From Lama guanicoe (Eukaryota): DNA of 64,000 nt. Shown one piece after another: positions 12,521-27,139 of this stretch. Under the pieces are notes generated by a model that was not told where the DNA came from, did not search any database, and saw only the letters and a list, made by a program, of their open reading frames with translations. Position 1 is the first letter of the stretch. Each line of letters begins with the position of its first letter. The position numbers and the translations under genes were made by a program. The stretch covers positions 1,761,408 to 1,825,407 of the forward strand of contig MU054831.1 in assembly GCA_013239625.1 (NCBI GenBank), written 5' to 3'.

Positions 12521-13510
12521 CCAAGTAATGGCATCTGTCTGTGCTGCGGTGGCTCCAGCTTTGGAGGCAGTCCTGATGGTTATGGGGCTGGTGAGCGGTG
12601 CCAAGCCCTCCCTCGTCCTCGTCCGCGCCCTCCTCCCCCCTCTCCTGCAGCATCTCTATCAGCCGCCTCTTCCCGGTGCTGTTCTGGGTTCCCGGGGGAC
12701 CGTGGAGAGCCACGTAAACACCCTTGCGTTTTCGGGGGTGAGCGAGGGGCAGCAGACAGCAAACAAGTGAAGGCTGTGCTGGCAGCCTCTCTTGTGGTTT
12801 GCTGTCCTGTTCTCACGTTAGAGGTTTTCCTAAACGTCTGCGCAGATCTGAGTGAGTCTCCGACAAGCTGGGCGGGCATATTGACTGACTGTCTCTCTGG
12901 CCAGGTGAGGGGCTGGGGCCTGGTCACTTCCTAGTGTCCCACATGCCAGGACCTGTTGTCCTTTCTCTCGGCCAGACCCTTTACTGGGGCACCCTCTCAA
13001 CTCCTTCCCGGGGACACACCTGTTCCCCACACTGCAGTCCCTGGTGTATCAGCTTCCGCTGCCCCTGTTTTGGGCTGGCACCCAGCTCCTGGCCTCAGCG
13101 TGGAGCTTCTCTGGGGGGTGGCGAGGGACAGTGCCCCTGCATGTGGGGGTGGACGGGTGTGGTGGTCAGAGACTAAGCAATAGAAAATCCAGAAGGCTGG
13201 GAATAATTAAGGAATGCCCTTCATAGACCGAAGCACCCCCAGCCTCGGAGGCGCCTGGCCGGCCAGGCCCTTCCCTACTGCAGGAACTCAGTGGTTGTCA
13301 TCTTCCTGGTGATGGGGTTTGGGGAGAGCATCCCTTAACTGTTCCCAGCTTTCTGGGTTTTATATTGCTTAGTGATTTTGTGCTGCGAGGGCACCAATTC
13401 CATGTTTATACCATTAAATAAGATAATCTATTTCCTTCTGTCAAGAATTTTCATCTAAAATTAATTTTGGATAGGTCAGATTAAAGTGGAATTGAAATGA
13501 ATTTTTTTGT

Positions 13511-13632
13511 GGAGTTCAGGCTCTTTGAGCGCAAGCCACCCGTTCTCCTTGTGCTGGTGCCTTATAGTAAACACTGTGCTTTCCTTCACCACTAAATAAA
13601 TAAATAAATAAGGTTTTGTTTTGTTTTGTTTT
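13511..13632 (+). mobile_element. ERV-LTR-like 3' fragment followed by (TAAA)n and (GTTTT)n microsatellites
   Basis: ggagttcaggctctttgagc…cccgttctccttg…agtaaacactgtgctttccttcaccac resembles an LTR R/U5 region around the polyA signal. Confidence 0.5.
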
Positions 13633-14329
13633 TGGTGAGCAAGTGGTTTTAGGTGATTGAAGCTAGATGACTTCATCGCACAGTCATGCTTCCAGTTCCC
13701 GGCCATGTGGCATTTGGGAATTCTTCATCTTACCGGTCAAGCAACATAAGTAGAACGTAACAGCCAACGCTTTCCCTCTTTTGAGGATATACTTCAGTAC
13801 AGAAGTGTGTGTGGAGTGTGACTCGGAGGTTCTGTGATGGGGGCAGTGCAACACTAAGGCACTAAAGGAGTGCTGCCTTGTCTGGTGTGTCCTTCCCACG
13901 TGCCTGGGGTGAGGGTTGGTTTCCACCGGGAGGTTCTAGCTCCCCCACCCCAGCCTCGGTCCAGGTACCACTCCCGTGCTGACCACTGTGTGAAGGTGCA
14001 CGTTGGACACACTGTTCCTAAGAAGTCAGGAAGGAAGACTTGTGGGCTGCCCTTCAGTCCTTGATGTCACGTGTAGTGAAAAGTGGGTTCCCTGGGCTGA
14101 TTTCCACCGAGCTCGCCTCCCCCAGAGCGCCTGCCACGCCACTCCCTCACCGCCTAGCAACGGATGCCGGGGTTGCAGCCAGTCACTCACTGTTGACATC
14201 AGCCCTTTTCTCAGTTCTGTGTTTGTCATTGACTTGCTTTCTTTTATTTTTTAACTTATTTTGGAATGCAGTTGAGTTTATTTCTTTGGCATAATTTCTT
14301 TTAAAAACTACTTTTGTCGTATATGTCTG

Positions 14330-16860
14330 GCTTCTTAAACAGCATCCTGTTTAGTTTTACTTTCTGGAGCTTTCTTGCAGTGGCGTCTTCTGCAGCTTGC
14401 CTTTTTTTTTTTTTTTAACTCAGTGCTGTTTCTCAGACTCATTCACATAATTCTGTATAGCTGGGGTGCCATTCGTTGTCAGTGCTAAATACAGCCACAC
14501 CCTTCCTGCCCCACGGTGGACCTGTTGGTGGCTGTGGCTGCTGTGATGACAGTTCTTGCACATACCTCTGTGTGCGCAGGTGCAGGAGTTTCTCAAGCAT
14601 GGGTAGACCTAGGAGTGGAATCGCTGGGTCGCAGAGCCAAGGTTCAACTTTATAAGAGAAAGCGCTGATTTTCCGGAAGGTCCGTCTTCACCCAGAGCCT
14701 CTCCAACACTAGTAACTTGAGAATGGGGTGGATGGAAAGCTGTCATCTCCGGGTGGTCTGATTGCCTTTTCTTGATTACTAATGTGGTCTTGCATTTTAG
14801 CCTGGTTTGTTTTGTTTGTTTGTTTGTTTGTTTTCCAACCATTAAGGGCCCTTCTTCTGTGAAAAGCCTATTCATGTGTTTTGCCACTTCCTCTGGTCTT
14901 TTTTGTGCTGATTTACGATCCAGCATAGCTCCAAGTCCTTTGTCAAGTGCTTCGTCTTTATGTTCCGTTGACCATCTTCTTCAGAGCTCAGCCTTCCACG
15001 GTGCAGTGGTGTCCGGGGGCAGCGGCTCCTGGTGTCAGTGTAGTCCTGGTGCGGTCAGTTTTGTCTTTGGTGGTTAGCACTTTTTTGCGTCTTGAGTTTT
15101 CTTTCTGAGGTCATGAGGATGTTTTCCAAAGTGCCCTCTGAAAGTTTTGAAAATTTGCCTTTCACATTTGAATCTTAATCCACATGGAATTAGTTTTGGT
15201 CTACAGTGTGGACAGGGATGAATTCCATCTTCCTTCCATAGACAGAAACGTAGAGTGCTCCGTCCTCTCCAGAGTTACCTGTGGGGGACCCATTACCACC
15301 TGCGTCATGGCCCTGACTGCTTTGGGTTTATTCCTCTGTGTTGTTTGAGAAGCACCTTGTCCAGGTCACGAAGTACTCGGCGTTCGTGCCATAGATCTGT
15401 CTGGAGAGAACTGCCGTCTTTATGATGACGGTAAGTCTTCTTGGCCTTGAAGGTCTCTCTCTCCACTTGTTTCAGCCATTTAGAATATCAGCAGTCTTTT
15501 CCATTTTCATCCATAAATGTCTCTCCTGTCTTTTATTAGATATAGTTCTTAGAACCTTATATTCTTCTAAACGTTAGTTTCTCTATTTGTCGCGTTGTTG
15601 TGGAAATGCTGTTTTTTTATGTTGACCTCACCCAGCACCTTGTTAAAGGCCCTCATTGGATCTGTTAGCTTCTCTGTAATTCCTTTTTTTCCAGCGGGGA
15701 GGAGTTCTCTACGGGCAGTCACAGAGTCTGAGAAGCGTGGTGGTTTTGTTTCTTGCCTTTCTGCGTGTATTGTGACCCCGGCAGCTGGCTCCTCTGGGTG
15801 CTGTGGGCTGGAGTCTTGTCTTGTTCATGGTTCACCATTAAAAGCAATGTTCACTGTGCTTTTTTAATTAGAGACACCACTTTTCAGGTTAAAGAAATTC
15901 TCTTTCATCCCTAGTTGGCTCAGAGCTCGCGTGATGACTAGTCACTGGATTTTATAATAAGCTTATTTCCGTCATTAGGATGATGGTTATTAACACAGTA
16001 AGTTATATTTGTAGCTCTTCTGTACAGCCATTGCATTTCTCACGTTAAAATCCCATTTATTTTGGTCTGTTGGCCTTTGTATAGATTACTGGATTAGGCT
16101 TGCTAATAATTGATTTGGGAATTTTGTGGCTGTATTTATTTTTCTTTTTTATACTGTCTTTGGCTTTTGTAACAAGGTTTTATACTAGATGCCTGTGAAG
16201 AGCCAGGGGTGTTCTTTATTTTTCTGTTCTCTTTAAAGTTTTGTTCAAAACTGAATGATCAGTTAGTTGAAAGTTTGCTCATACTGTCTCTAATACGCTC
16301 TTTGTGGATAGATTTTAAAGCATTGATTCAATTTAGTTTATGGTTATAGGGTTACTCTGTTTTCTATTTTTTCTCAACTTGGGAAAGTTACATTGTTCTA
16401 CAAATGTACCATTTTACGGAGGTTTTAGAATCAATTGGCCTAAAACTGTTCATTGTATTTTGTTTTATTTTCAGTTTCTGTCACGGCTAAAGTTCTGCGA
16501 CTTTTCCAGTTCCTAATGTTTTAAGTTTGTGCCTTTCTCTCATTTTCTAAATTATTCTTCTCAGAAATTTGTCTGTTATATTGGTCTTTTCAAAGAACCG
16601 ATTTCTGACTGCGCTGCTGTGTGTGGCTCATGAGTGCTTCTCGCTGTTTGTGTGTGTGTTGTCTCCTTCCGTCTGTTCTCCTGGACTTGCTCTAAGGGTG
16701 TGCTTTCTAGTTTCTAGTATCGATCAAGCTTATAAACCTGTAAGCTCATTATTGTCACAAATGATAGCTTAAGGTGATCAGTTTTCTTCTGAGTATAGCA
16801 CAAGCAGGACCTTGCAAGTTACTACATGTTCTGTTTTCATCATCTCTCCATTCTAGTTAC
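14330..16860 (-). mobile_element. Old L1 (L1MC/ME-type) fragment series
   Basis: About 2.5 kb of AT-rich sequence with antisense L1 landmarks (acctaggagtggaatcgctgggtc; tttgcctttcacatttgaatcttaatccacatggaattag). Includes a (GTTT)n repeat near 14806-14832. Confidence 0.75.
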
Positions 16861-18512
16861 TTGTCAATGGCTGGGAGCTCAGCAGCCACTTCTTTTTCTC
16901 CTTAAAATTCTTCCTGTTGCTCTTGCTGGCTCCGCCCACCCGACACCCCCGCTGTGGATGCCCTGTCTCCCTTCTGTCCCCAGCGGGTGTGGCCCAGGAC
17001 TGTGTGCGCCGGGGCGTGCGGAGCCCGCGTCCAGCCAACCCCGCCAGCTCCAGCCCATAGCGCTCACCGCCTCTCGGTTCAGCTCCGCGAGTCCGGGGTC
17101 CCGCCTCCTCCCCGCGTGTTGGGCTCACCTTGCCTCCCCGCCTCTCAGGCCTCCCGTGGGCCTCTCCCTTGACTGAAGGCTGGCCGGTGAGCTTCCACAC
17201 CGTCTTGGCTCTCAGCAGGCCGCACGGCTGTGCGTGTCCTGCGTTCGCGCCCGAGGGCCAGTCTCCCTGCGCACGTGGCCCCAGCTTGGCACAGGGGCTG
17301 CGCATCGCGCCCCAGCTGGACGGCTGCTTCCTGGCAGCTTCCACGGGCAGCCTCACCGGTGCGCCGGTGGCTGGACTGTCTGTTGTGTCTGCAGCTCCAC
17401 TCTGCAGTTGTCCTGATTCGTTGTTGCTGTTGTTTGTTTCCCCTGCTTGGCTGTGCCTCCATCTCCCTCCCACCGGCTCTGGAGATGCTCAGCGTGTCTC
17501 CAGGTGAGGCTGCCTCTCTGAGGTCTGACCTGTGACATCCACAGCTGGGAGCACCGACTCCGGAACCCGACAGCAGAGACGGGCGTGCAGGCTGCGACCT
17601 CCCTGCTGGGCGGAGGGGAGGCTGGGCGGCAGGACTGCCCACCCCGCAGTAGGTGGCCCGGGAGCCAGGCTGGGGCCTGGTGCGGTGATGGGGAAGGACA
17701 GGGAGGAGCAGGGCGTCACTGAAACGTGACCAGCGCCTCGATTCTGCTCCGTGGGCCTAATTCTCTTCCCGATGCTCTCCTGTACTACAAAGAGCTCTTT
17801 ATTTCTTTGACAGAAGGGCGGGGTGGGGCCAGGAGAGGGATCAGCAGCTGCTGTGGGATCAGCAGGGGCCCTGAGCAGGTGGAGCCGACGTTTGTTTCTC
17901 CCTCTGCGTTAAGATAAATGGACTCTCGTTTCCCGGATGCCTACAAAGCTGGAGCCTTTCCGGGTCCTATTCGTGTCCCCAGAAGCTGATAGTCCGTTTG
18001 GGTCCCTGTCTGCCAGGACACAGGGCCCCTCCCCTGTGCTGCTGTCAGCACGGCCAGTTTGCGGAGCCTCGTGTGGGGCTGGGGGGCCGCGGGCCGCGTG
18101 GCCTTGGCCAGAGGGGACTTCGCGCCCCGGGACTCGGAGGGATGCAGGGACCGGGCGCCGCCGCGCCCCGAGGTCCTCGTGCTGAAGCTGGAGGGCATCA
18201 CCGCCTTTCCTTTTCCTCCCGACATTCGTGCCTCTGTCCTGCACGCAGGGCCCAGGTGGTCCCGGGACTGTCCGCCCACTTGGCTTCTTCCAGGACTCCA
18301 CATCTGTTTCGGGTGAGGAGGTTTCGAGCCTGAGAACAGAAGGAGCTGTGTGGGTTTGTGTTTCTGGGAGCCCAGCCCCTGGGACCCTCACCCTGTGTGT
18401 TCCAACCAGACACTGCACTTCTGCTTAAAGCGCAAGACAGACTCTCCCAGACCTGAAAACACGGTCAACGCTGTTTTTATCCTTTACTGCTGTGTGAGTC
18501 TACAGTTGATTT

Positions 18513-18525
18513 TGCTAAAAATAGC
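18513..18525. promoter_or_regulatory. MEF2 consensus tgCTAAAAATAGc
   Basis: Perfect CTA(A/T)4TAG at 18515-18524. Confidence 0.45.
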
Positions 18526-20699
18526 TGATTATTACACAGAGAGGTGCCTGTTCACATGAAGAGGAGAGTTTTCCTCTAGGGCGCCGGCCACCACTGCCAT
18601 CCCCACACCTGCAGGCGAAGCGTGCGCCCTTCAGGTAGTGACGTCGTGGTCCCTCCGTGTCCCCTGGGCCCTGCGGGCTGCGAGGAAAGGGCTCATTGCT
18701 CTGTGCTGGCTGGCCCGACCTGCCACCAGGCCGGGGGCCCCTCCCCTCCTCCCTCTCGCCCTGTCGTGGGGAGCTTGCGGACACCTGTACTCCCAGAGGC
18801 TGCACTTGCCCAGGGGCTGGGTGCTGCAGGACAGTGCTTGCTGTCCTGAGGTCTGCGGAGTGGCCGGAGCTGCTGGCGGGTAGGAAGGGGCCTGCTTCCT
18901 GGGAACCTGTCTGGGCGCTGTGGGCACCTGCCCTCACACGGGGCCGTGACCTCGGCCGTCGGGGCTCACAGGTGCGGACGCTGAGGGGGGAGCTACGCCC
19001 TTCTGCGAGTCTCTCCCACACCCTGACCACCAAGCGCCACCTGGGGTGTTCATCACTCTTCGTGTGAAAAGCGCTTTCTGGGCCCACTTTTTGGGGAGTG
19101 GGATCAGAAACATGGGAGGTGAGGTGGGCTCAGCTCTGCCCACCTCGCCTGGATGCCAGTCCCCGGGGTCTGATGCCCTGAGCTCTTCTCTCTGCATTTG
19201 CTCGGCCCCTGTGACAGGTGGCTCCGGGCCCCAGGCTGCATCCCGGCCCCGCGGTGGACACCGGATCACACGCCAGCATCAGTCCTGTTCCAGCACTTTG
19301 CACACTAGCCCGCTGCTCACCCGCTGGATTGGAACTCCCACTAGCCCCAGAGCCCACGCTCTTCCCTCCGCCCCCTCTGCACGTGAGAACCGTGCCCCCC
19401 CATGCCCACCCCGCTGGGCGTTCGAGGGACCAGGTCTCCCCACTGGGGCCCTGTGAGCTGACAGCACAGCGGGCCCCGCCTGAATTGCTCTCCTGAGCTT
19501 TACTCGGAAACACCGCCTTGCCATGAGGTGGAGGCCGCAGAGCAGGTTTCCCCAAGTAGCCCCACCTCGCGCCCTGCTGTCCCCCACGGTGGCTTGCCGG
19601 GGTGGGGGTGGGGAGAGGGCGTTTCAGGGCAGACCTTTCCAGCAACCACCCACACCCCCACCCATCACCTCCAGGGTTCTCTCTGGTACCTGCAGAGACA
19701 GCTCGGAGGAGCCTGGGGGGAACCTCGCAGGCGAGGATCCGAGCAGCTGCGGGAAATGCCCCCTCAGGCGGGACGCTGGCTGGGAGGCCACGCCCCCGTG
19801 TGTGGCTGGACCCTAGACTTTCTGCCAGAGAGCGACTCTTTGAAAACGTGTAGTCTGGGGAGGCGGTGTGCACTGGGTGGAGGTGAAGTCTGACTGAGGT
19901 GAAGAGACAGTGGAGAAGAACACACACCAGGTGTTAATGACGGCTTTTTATTTTTAGCCTGCAGAGGACTATTTCGGGAATTTTCTCTGTTCATCTCTGC
20001 CCAGCAGGCCAGGTCTGGCCGGAGTGCGCGCGCTGGCCTGTTCTGGTGCAGGGCGGGCGCTGCCCCAGCGTGGTCTCCGCCTCGCGCCGAAGCCTCACGG
20101 AGCTGATGCCTGTGGCTGCCCAGCCCCAGGAGCTCTCGAGGAAAAATAGAGTTGGTTTTTATTTTTCCATGGGGAGCACTAAACTGCAGGGTGCTGGTGC
20201 AAGCTGGCGGTTATAGGGGAGGCCCAGCCGTTGGTCGTGACGGATCTAGAGCTGGAGCAGAGACCAGGGAGGCCCAGGTCGGCAGGCCCCCTGTGGGGGG
20301 AGCGCCCTCAGAACGCCAGAGCGGGGGTTCCTGGCCTCAGAGGGGACTGACCACCCGAGCCCCCAACCAGTGGGGGCCGACTGGAGCGTTCCTCTCTGGA
20401 GAACATCATCCAGAGGCCCAGGCAGGGGACCGCGGCCAGTGGAGGACGCAGGGAGTTTAACAGGACTGGGGCATCGGTGAGCACCTTCATGGTGAGCGCT
20501 GAGCACAGGGACCCCCGCTGGCACCCGGGGCTCCGCCTCTTCCCTGCAGGCCCCGCGGGGAGGAGACTCGCTGGGGACAGAGGCTGGCGAGGCGGGGGAC
20601 CCGCGGTGCCAAGCCTCGAGCCCCGACGGGCGCCGCTCCGCGCACCATCCGGAAGCCCAGCGCCGAGACTCCTTCTCTGCTCCCAGCTTCCAGCTGGGT

Positions 20700-21300
20700 T
20701 CACCCTCTCACTCCAGGGCACACTTCCAGAAACGATGCAAAACCCGGTGGAAAGGTTAGAGCACACGTTGAAGGCAGTCTCACGTGCGGTTGAGCAGAAG
20801 ACAAAGAAAAGGAAAATAGGGAATGGAAAAGAAAATCAGGGGATTGTTCCAGGAGACTTACCACCCAACTAACTACTCGAGGTTCCGGAAGGGGAAAGAG
20901 AAAAAAGGAAAGCATCCTCGAGAGAATTCAGGGGCCTCCCCGCAGCTGCAGGGCCTGAGCTGCCACGCTGACCGGGCGGCCAGGCCGCCGCGGGAAAGAA
21001 AGGTCCGCCCCCAGCCCTCTGCCTCAGATCTCGGGGCGCTGGGACGGAGGGAAAGGCCGGGCTCGGGCGAGGGACGCGGAGTCAGAGGGGCTTCGGCTTC
21101 GTTAAGGGCAGCATTGGGCACGAGGGGGCGGCGGGCCAGAGCCGCTGCGCTCGGGGATTCTGTACGCAGCCAGAATAACGACACGGTGAGGGGGAGATAA
21201 AGACATCTTTACTCACAAAACCTACCTCTCACGGCTTCTTGTTCAAGACACACTTGGAGCCCGAGTTCCTGCAGAAAGAGTGGGACAGAGGAACGGCACC
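20700..21300 (+). mobile_element. HAL1 / L1 ORF1-like remnant
   Basis: Translated relic MQNPVERLEHTLKAVSRAVEQKTKKRKIG resembles the ORF1p coiled coil; gtgagggggagataaagacatc…acctacctctcacgg is HAL1-like. Confidence 0.65.
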
Positions 21301-21903
21301 TGCTCCAGGACAGAGGTGCATGGGGCTCCTGGAAGGGGGCAGGCGGCAGGGACAGCGGCTGCGCACGAGGTGCTGGGCCGCCTCACTCCGCAGCTTCCGG
21401 GGCGGGGGTGTGCAAGGCGAGGGCGGGCCTGCCCGGACTCTCCCGCCCTCCGGCCTCACTCACCTGGGGACGCGGGACCCCCCGTGGGGCTCACACCTGG
21501 AGATGGAGCAGACGCAGAAGGCAGGTTGGCTCTGGTCCACGTGACGCCTACCAGGTGCTGTGGAGGGGTGGCCCTTGGGTCCCCTGGGTCACTCTTGACC
21601 TCACCCAGGGAGAAGCTGTCTTTGTCAATTGTCCCAGAAGCTGAAGGCAGCCTGGACTTGAGACTGTCTTTTCCTGGGAACCTTTGTCACCCTCTGGTTG
21701 CACTGCTCTGTCCTCACTGCTGTCACTTACAGAACACAGTCTGAGGGCCTCACTCGTGGACACTGTAACCGTAAGGAAAGCAGGGTGCCTAACAGATCAG
21801 ACGTTGTCGGGGGCGCGGGCACGTGATGGGGGCTCGGAGCACAATGCTCTGTTTGGCGAGGGGGGCTGGACATGCAGGTGGTCGCTCCTCACTCTTCACC
21901 TCA

Positions 21904-21925
21904 GTGTGTGTGTGTGTGTGTGTGT
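21904..21925. repeat. (GT)11 microsatellite
   Basis: Direct read. Confidence 0.95.
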
Positions 21926-24900
21926 CCAGGGGTGCAGCACCTCACCATCAGGATGGCCAGCCCCTCCCCCTCCAGTCTCCCTCCCTCCGCCCTCGCACAC
22001 AGGCAAATGTCAGTGTGAGAGGAAACCGTGGTTACATAGCTGAAATATCTATTATTTTTCCCTTGGATTTGAATGAGCCCTTCTTTACTTGAACAGACCC
22101 TAAACTTTGGCCACATTTTCTAAAGAATAGCCCTTCTCTTTACTTCACATCTATGTGATGACATGAAATGGTGTTATAAAGAGGACCTAACCCATGTCAT
22201 GGAAAACTACAGTGTCCTTTGCTCTGATCGTTCACTTAAAAAAACAGACCAGCAGATTTCTTTCTATTTCTGATTGAGAACTCGAAGTCACAACCCAAGC
22301 TCGCCATTTCTTACTGAACTCTGAATACAGTCTTTGTGCTTCTACTGACGTCACGAGTCTGCTTGTACTAACACGCTTCTCGGGGCACAGCCTATAGAGC
22401 TGTTTCCTCCTCTGCCATAAAGCATCAGGAGAATCAGAGGCTTTTTGTTTTGATGCTGCATTCTCTAAGTAGAGAAGGTTTTATTGTTTCTTCTGGGCGC
22501 TTTGGGTCAGAAGCCCTAGCAGCTTCTCTGTTGGGAACTCATGGCATTTCAAATGGTTTTTGATACAGAAATAGTATAAGTCATGTTTGACGCACCCGCC
22601 AGCGCCTGGGCTGAATGGGGACTGTGGCTGCGGCCTCGGCAGCTGGTGTGGGCCAGGCCCAGGCACTGCCCAGCCGCCCCCCCATCTCCCCGACGCTGAG
22701 CCCACTGGGCATGGGGAGCCCCCGCCTGGTCCCTCACCCCCGCAAGTTCAGTGTCGGCTTCCGTGTCTCTCCGTCAGTGCAGCATCGCTTTCGGAGGTGA
22801 AGAAAGGGCGTAGCTGGTCGTGGTGTATCTGCCTTAGGTAACGGATAGCTTTTCATCCCCTTTGCTTTTGACTTTCTTTTACAGAAGAGTGAGGTTTTAC
22901 ACAAGCCTCAGTGGGGTGGACCAGGGCAGGACTTGCCTCCCTCCCAGCAGTGAGTCAAGAGGAGGATCGTGCTGAGAACAGCGGTGCGCTCTGCTGAGGA
23001 CCTGCCCGCACCCGGGCCCCCTCCATTCACTCCTCTGTTCACTCCGGGTTGGGGGGCTTGTCTGCGGCCCCCGCCACCCCGGGGCCCATCCACTCTGGTA
23101 CCTGTGGGATGACTAACAACACGGACTGTGGGGGGAGGTGTTTCCTTCCACGGTTCCCTATGACTCCAGACTTCGAGGAACCTCAGAAACATTGGTGTGG
23201 ACAGAATGAGCCTCCGCCCTCCCGCCCCCTCCAGGCAGCCCCGTCCTGCCTGGCCCCTGAGCCACTCTGGGCCTGCAGCGCCCTCCCACCCTGCCCGGCG
23301 CTTCCCTGCCTGCGGCCAGCGCCCCATCTCTTTCACTCCCAGCACCCCGACGCCGGCCCCTCTGCCTCTGAGGCCCGGGCTCGCCCACCCACCCCACCCC
23401 AGACCTGCAGGGACCGTCCAGGATGTGCAGATGCAGGCTCTGCACTGTGAGGGGTGGTCCCGGCTCCTCCATTCTCCCCCAGCAACCCAGGACCCTCCAC
23501 CGATTCCCGGACCCGTGGATCCCGGCTCACCTGCCCCTCCTGTCTTAGAGATGCAGCCTCCGTGCAGACCCTCCCTTCCCCAGGCTTCCATCAGCCCCCT
23601 GCCCTCTGCTCTCTGGGTTCCCAGGGGGCCTGCTACAGGCTGGGCGGGGAGCTTCCCCCCAGCGCCCAGCACAGAGCGGGAGGCCCTGCACGTCTCTTCA
23701 GTATCTGAACACATGTGTGGAGACGTTTGACCCCTCGTATTTTTGAAGTTGGTAAAAAGGCTCCCTTAGGAGTTGTTTATGTTCAGTTTTTAAAGAGGTT
23801 AACTCCTGGACGTTTCTGATGGTCCTCCCGAACCCGTCTGTGAAAAATTAGAACTGGGGGGGGGCGGGTATGGAAAAATGGGCGGGTCTGGTGCTCAGAG
23901 TCTTAGGGACGGCCTTATTCCTACGTGATGTCTTAGATCACCTGGGCACGTCTCGCAGGTGTGGATCACACCTGACCACCCCGCCTTCGGCCAAACGAGA
24001 AGATACCACTTAGGAAATGCAGGGCAGTATGATTATCTCATTAATTCTCCCTGGCTATTAAGCTAAAAGATTGCTACCTGACCAGCCAAGCAGAGTGAGG
24101 GCCAAGTCACCAGTCTCACCTCCGAGCACAGACCCAAACGTGCTCAGTAAAACGGTCTCAGGATGACTCCATCAGTGACTGTGTGTTTATCCAGAAAGAC
24201 AAAGTCGGGTTTATCATTAGAGAACAAAGGCCGACTAACCCGCGGACGTCTGCTGAGCAACGCACCCGTCACCCTGCCGGGCAGGTCTGCGGTTAATGGA
24301 GGAGACCTCTCTGAGGGCATCGGGGGACACAGAGGGGCCCGGGAGACCTGGTCACTCACGGTGACGACGTTTCTCAGGAAGCTCAGTGCTGTCCCTGGTG
24401 GGAGCGCAACGACATACGCCCCCTGGAGAGAGAAAACCGGGAAGCCAGTTTCCTTCCAGACGTCAAGTCACTTTTCTCTTCCCTCCAGGCCTGTTTCCTG
24501 AGCTCTCCTCCCTGCCCTCCGTGATGCTCGAGTCCTTGAAAGAAAGTCTGAAGCAAATGAGGAGAGGTGTTGAGGTTTTATAAAACTGGTGGTGTTTACA
24601 CAGCTTTTCTATTGTGCTGTATTTCATATTAAAAATGCTCATGAAAAGAAAAGAAAGGAAATTAATAAATTTCAGTCTTGTGTGGGGTGGGGGTGGGATA
24701 GCTTACCCCTGTTCCCTGGTCCTGTTCACAAACCGTTTCTTTGTGATTTTTCTTGCATAAATGTCAAATAAGAACCTTTTAATGCATCAAGCCTGACCCC
24801 CAACTAGAAAAAAAATAAGTTCACTTACAAAGTTAGGGTGGCACTTCCGAGATTTGGGGGAAGAAGCGGAAGAGAACAGTCAGCTGGTGTTTGTCCCGGC

Positions 24901-26432
24901 CTTGTTGGGGCTTCGAAGAGGAGAATTAGATCATTTTTGAAGTGACTGGAAGTGAGAGTTTGTCCCCACGCCCTGCAGCCAGGGTCCAGGCCTTCCTGGG
25001 GGCCTCCGCCAGCCCAGCCCGGGCTGGGGGCTCAGGTGGGAGCCGGGGCTTGGTCCTGAGGGGGGGAGATGGTGACTCCAGTCATGGAGCCAGGGCCCTG
25101 CTCTGGCCCCAGCAGCACCCTCCCCTCCGCCGGGGTGCACCCTGCCCTGCAGGTACCGGGCCGCGTTTCAGTCGAGGACACCAGGGCTCGAGGAATCAGC
25201 TTAGGGGTTAGAACCTAGGGCTCCTGCCAGAGCCGAGCCTCTCCCCACCTTGCCTTGCAGAGGGATGGCCAGCGTGGACCTGCTGCTTGGGCAGTGACCA
25301 CAGGACTGCCCTGTTCCCAGGGGCGGGTCCTCTTACGACTGTTTCACCAGAGGCTGCGAGCTGCAGAGCACAGGCCTCCTCAGGAACTGGGTTACTTCTG
25401 GGCGCCGGGTCCCCGGGCCTTGGCCACTCGGGGTGACCCTGGGACAAGGTCGGGTGCGTAACAAGGGCCTGACCTGCAGGGAGTCTGGGCAGAGACGCTG
25501 GGATGAGACCGTGCCAGGTGGCGATGGCTCTGAAGGCGAGGAACTGGTCCTTGGCGGCCCTTGTCTGTTGAGTCCGGGACCCACCTGGGCCCCCGTCGCT
25601 GGCGCCCGGGTCTGGTGCGGGTTGGCTGATGAAGGAGTGAGCCCAGAGCAGGCTGCCTGGGGAGCACTAAGATTTACGCCCAGTGCTGGGCGAGCAGAGC
25701 CCGGGGACACTCCCCTGCCCCAGGGAGGACTACAGGAGGCTTGACCTGGGAGGTGCCGTCACCTTGTCACCTCAGCTCACAGCCGGTGCCTGCCACCCGC
25801 CCGTGCTTTTCAGATGCAAACCTGTCAAAAAGGACGGCTCACTTTGGGTTATGTTGCGACACCCACAATTTAAGACTTTCCTTCTGCACTCACTTTCTCA
25901 CTTCAACTTGGTGTTGGTTTGGAAGCGTTAAGGTTGACTCCGCTTCTGCTTCCAGTCAGAACACTTGCAGCTCTGTTGGCAGTCCGCTGGTGCGGCCGAA
26001 AAACCCACCTCTTAGCGAGCTGTGGACGCACAGGCCTGCTGCGCCAGCCGGCTCGGGCAGGCCGGGGCCTTTCGTTGGCCGCAGTCGGTAAATGCGTTCT
26101 CCAGAGGGTGCTTGCCTCACCGTGGAGACGCGCTCCCTGTCCTGGGCATCTGCCTGGACCACTTCAGGGCGCAGGCTGCTCTGTGGTTCCCGCTCACGGC
26201 TCTCAGTGGCTGCATGGCAGGGAGAAGAAAAAGGCGGTTTGCTTCTCTGCATATGAATGTTGGGGCTCTTTGGAGAACTTTTCTTGCTTTTTCTCTTTGT
26301 TGACTTTCAAAAAAGATGTCAGAAAAGGCCACTGGGCTGCAGCGAGGTCCCCTGAGAGAGAGGTCCTCCCCGCGAGGAGGGAAGGGTGCAGGAGTGGGTG
26401 CCCTGGTCCCACCCCTCAGCCTTTGGCCCTGA

Positions 26433-27065
<633 letters not shown>

Positions 27066-27139
27066 TAAAAGTCACGGTGTAGAAAAGCACTGAAAGTAGC
27101 ATTTCATCCACAAATATAAGATTTGTCCATAAATGGAAA

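Noticed and set aside
25919-26093. Phase-1 donor TCG|gtaaat about 545 bp upstream of exon 4
   Set aside because: There is no in-frame ATG after the stop at 25871 and the donor is mediocre. A non-coding exon cannot be excluded but is unsupported.
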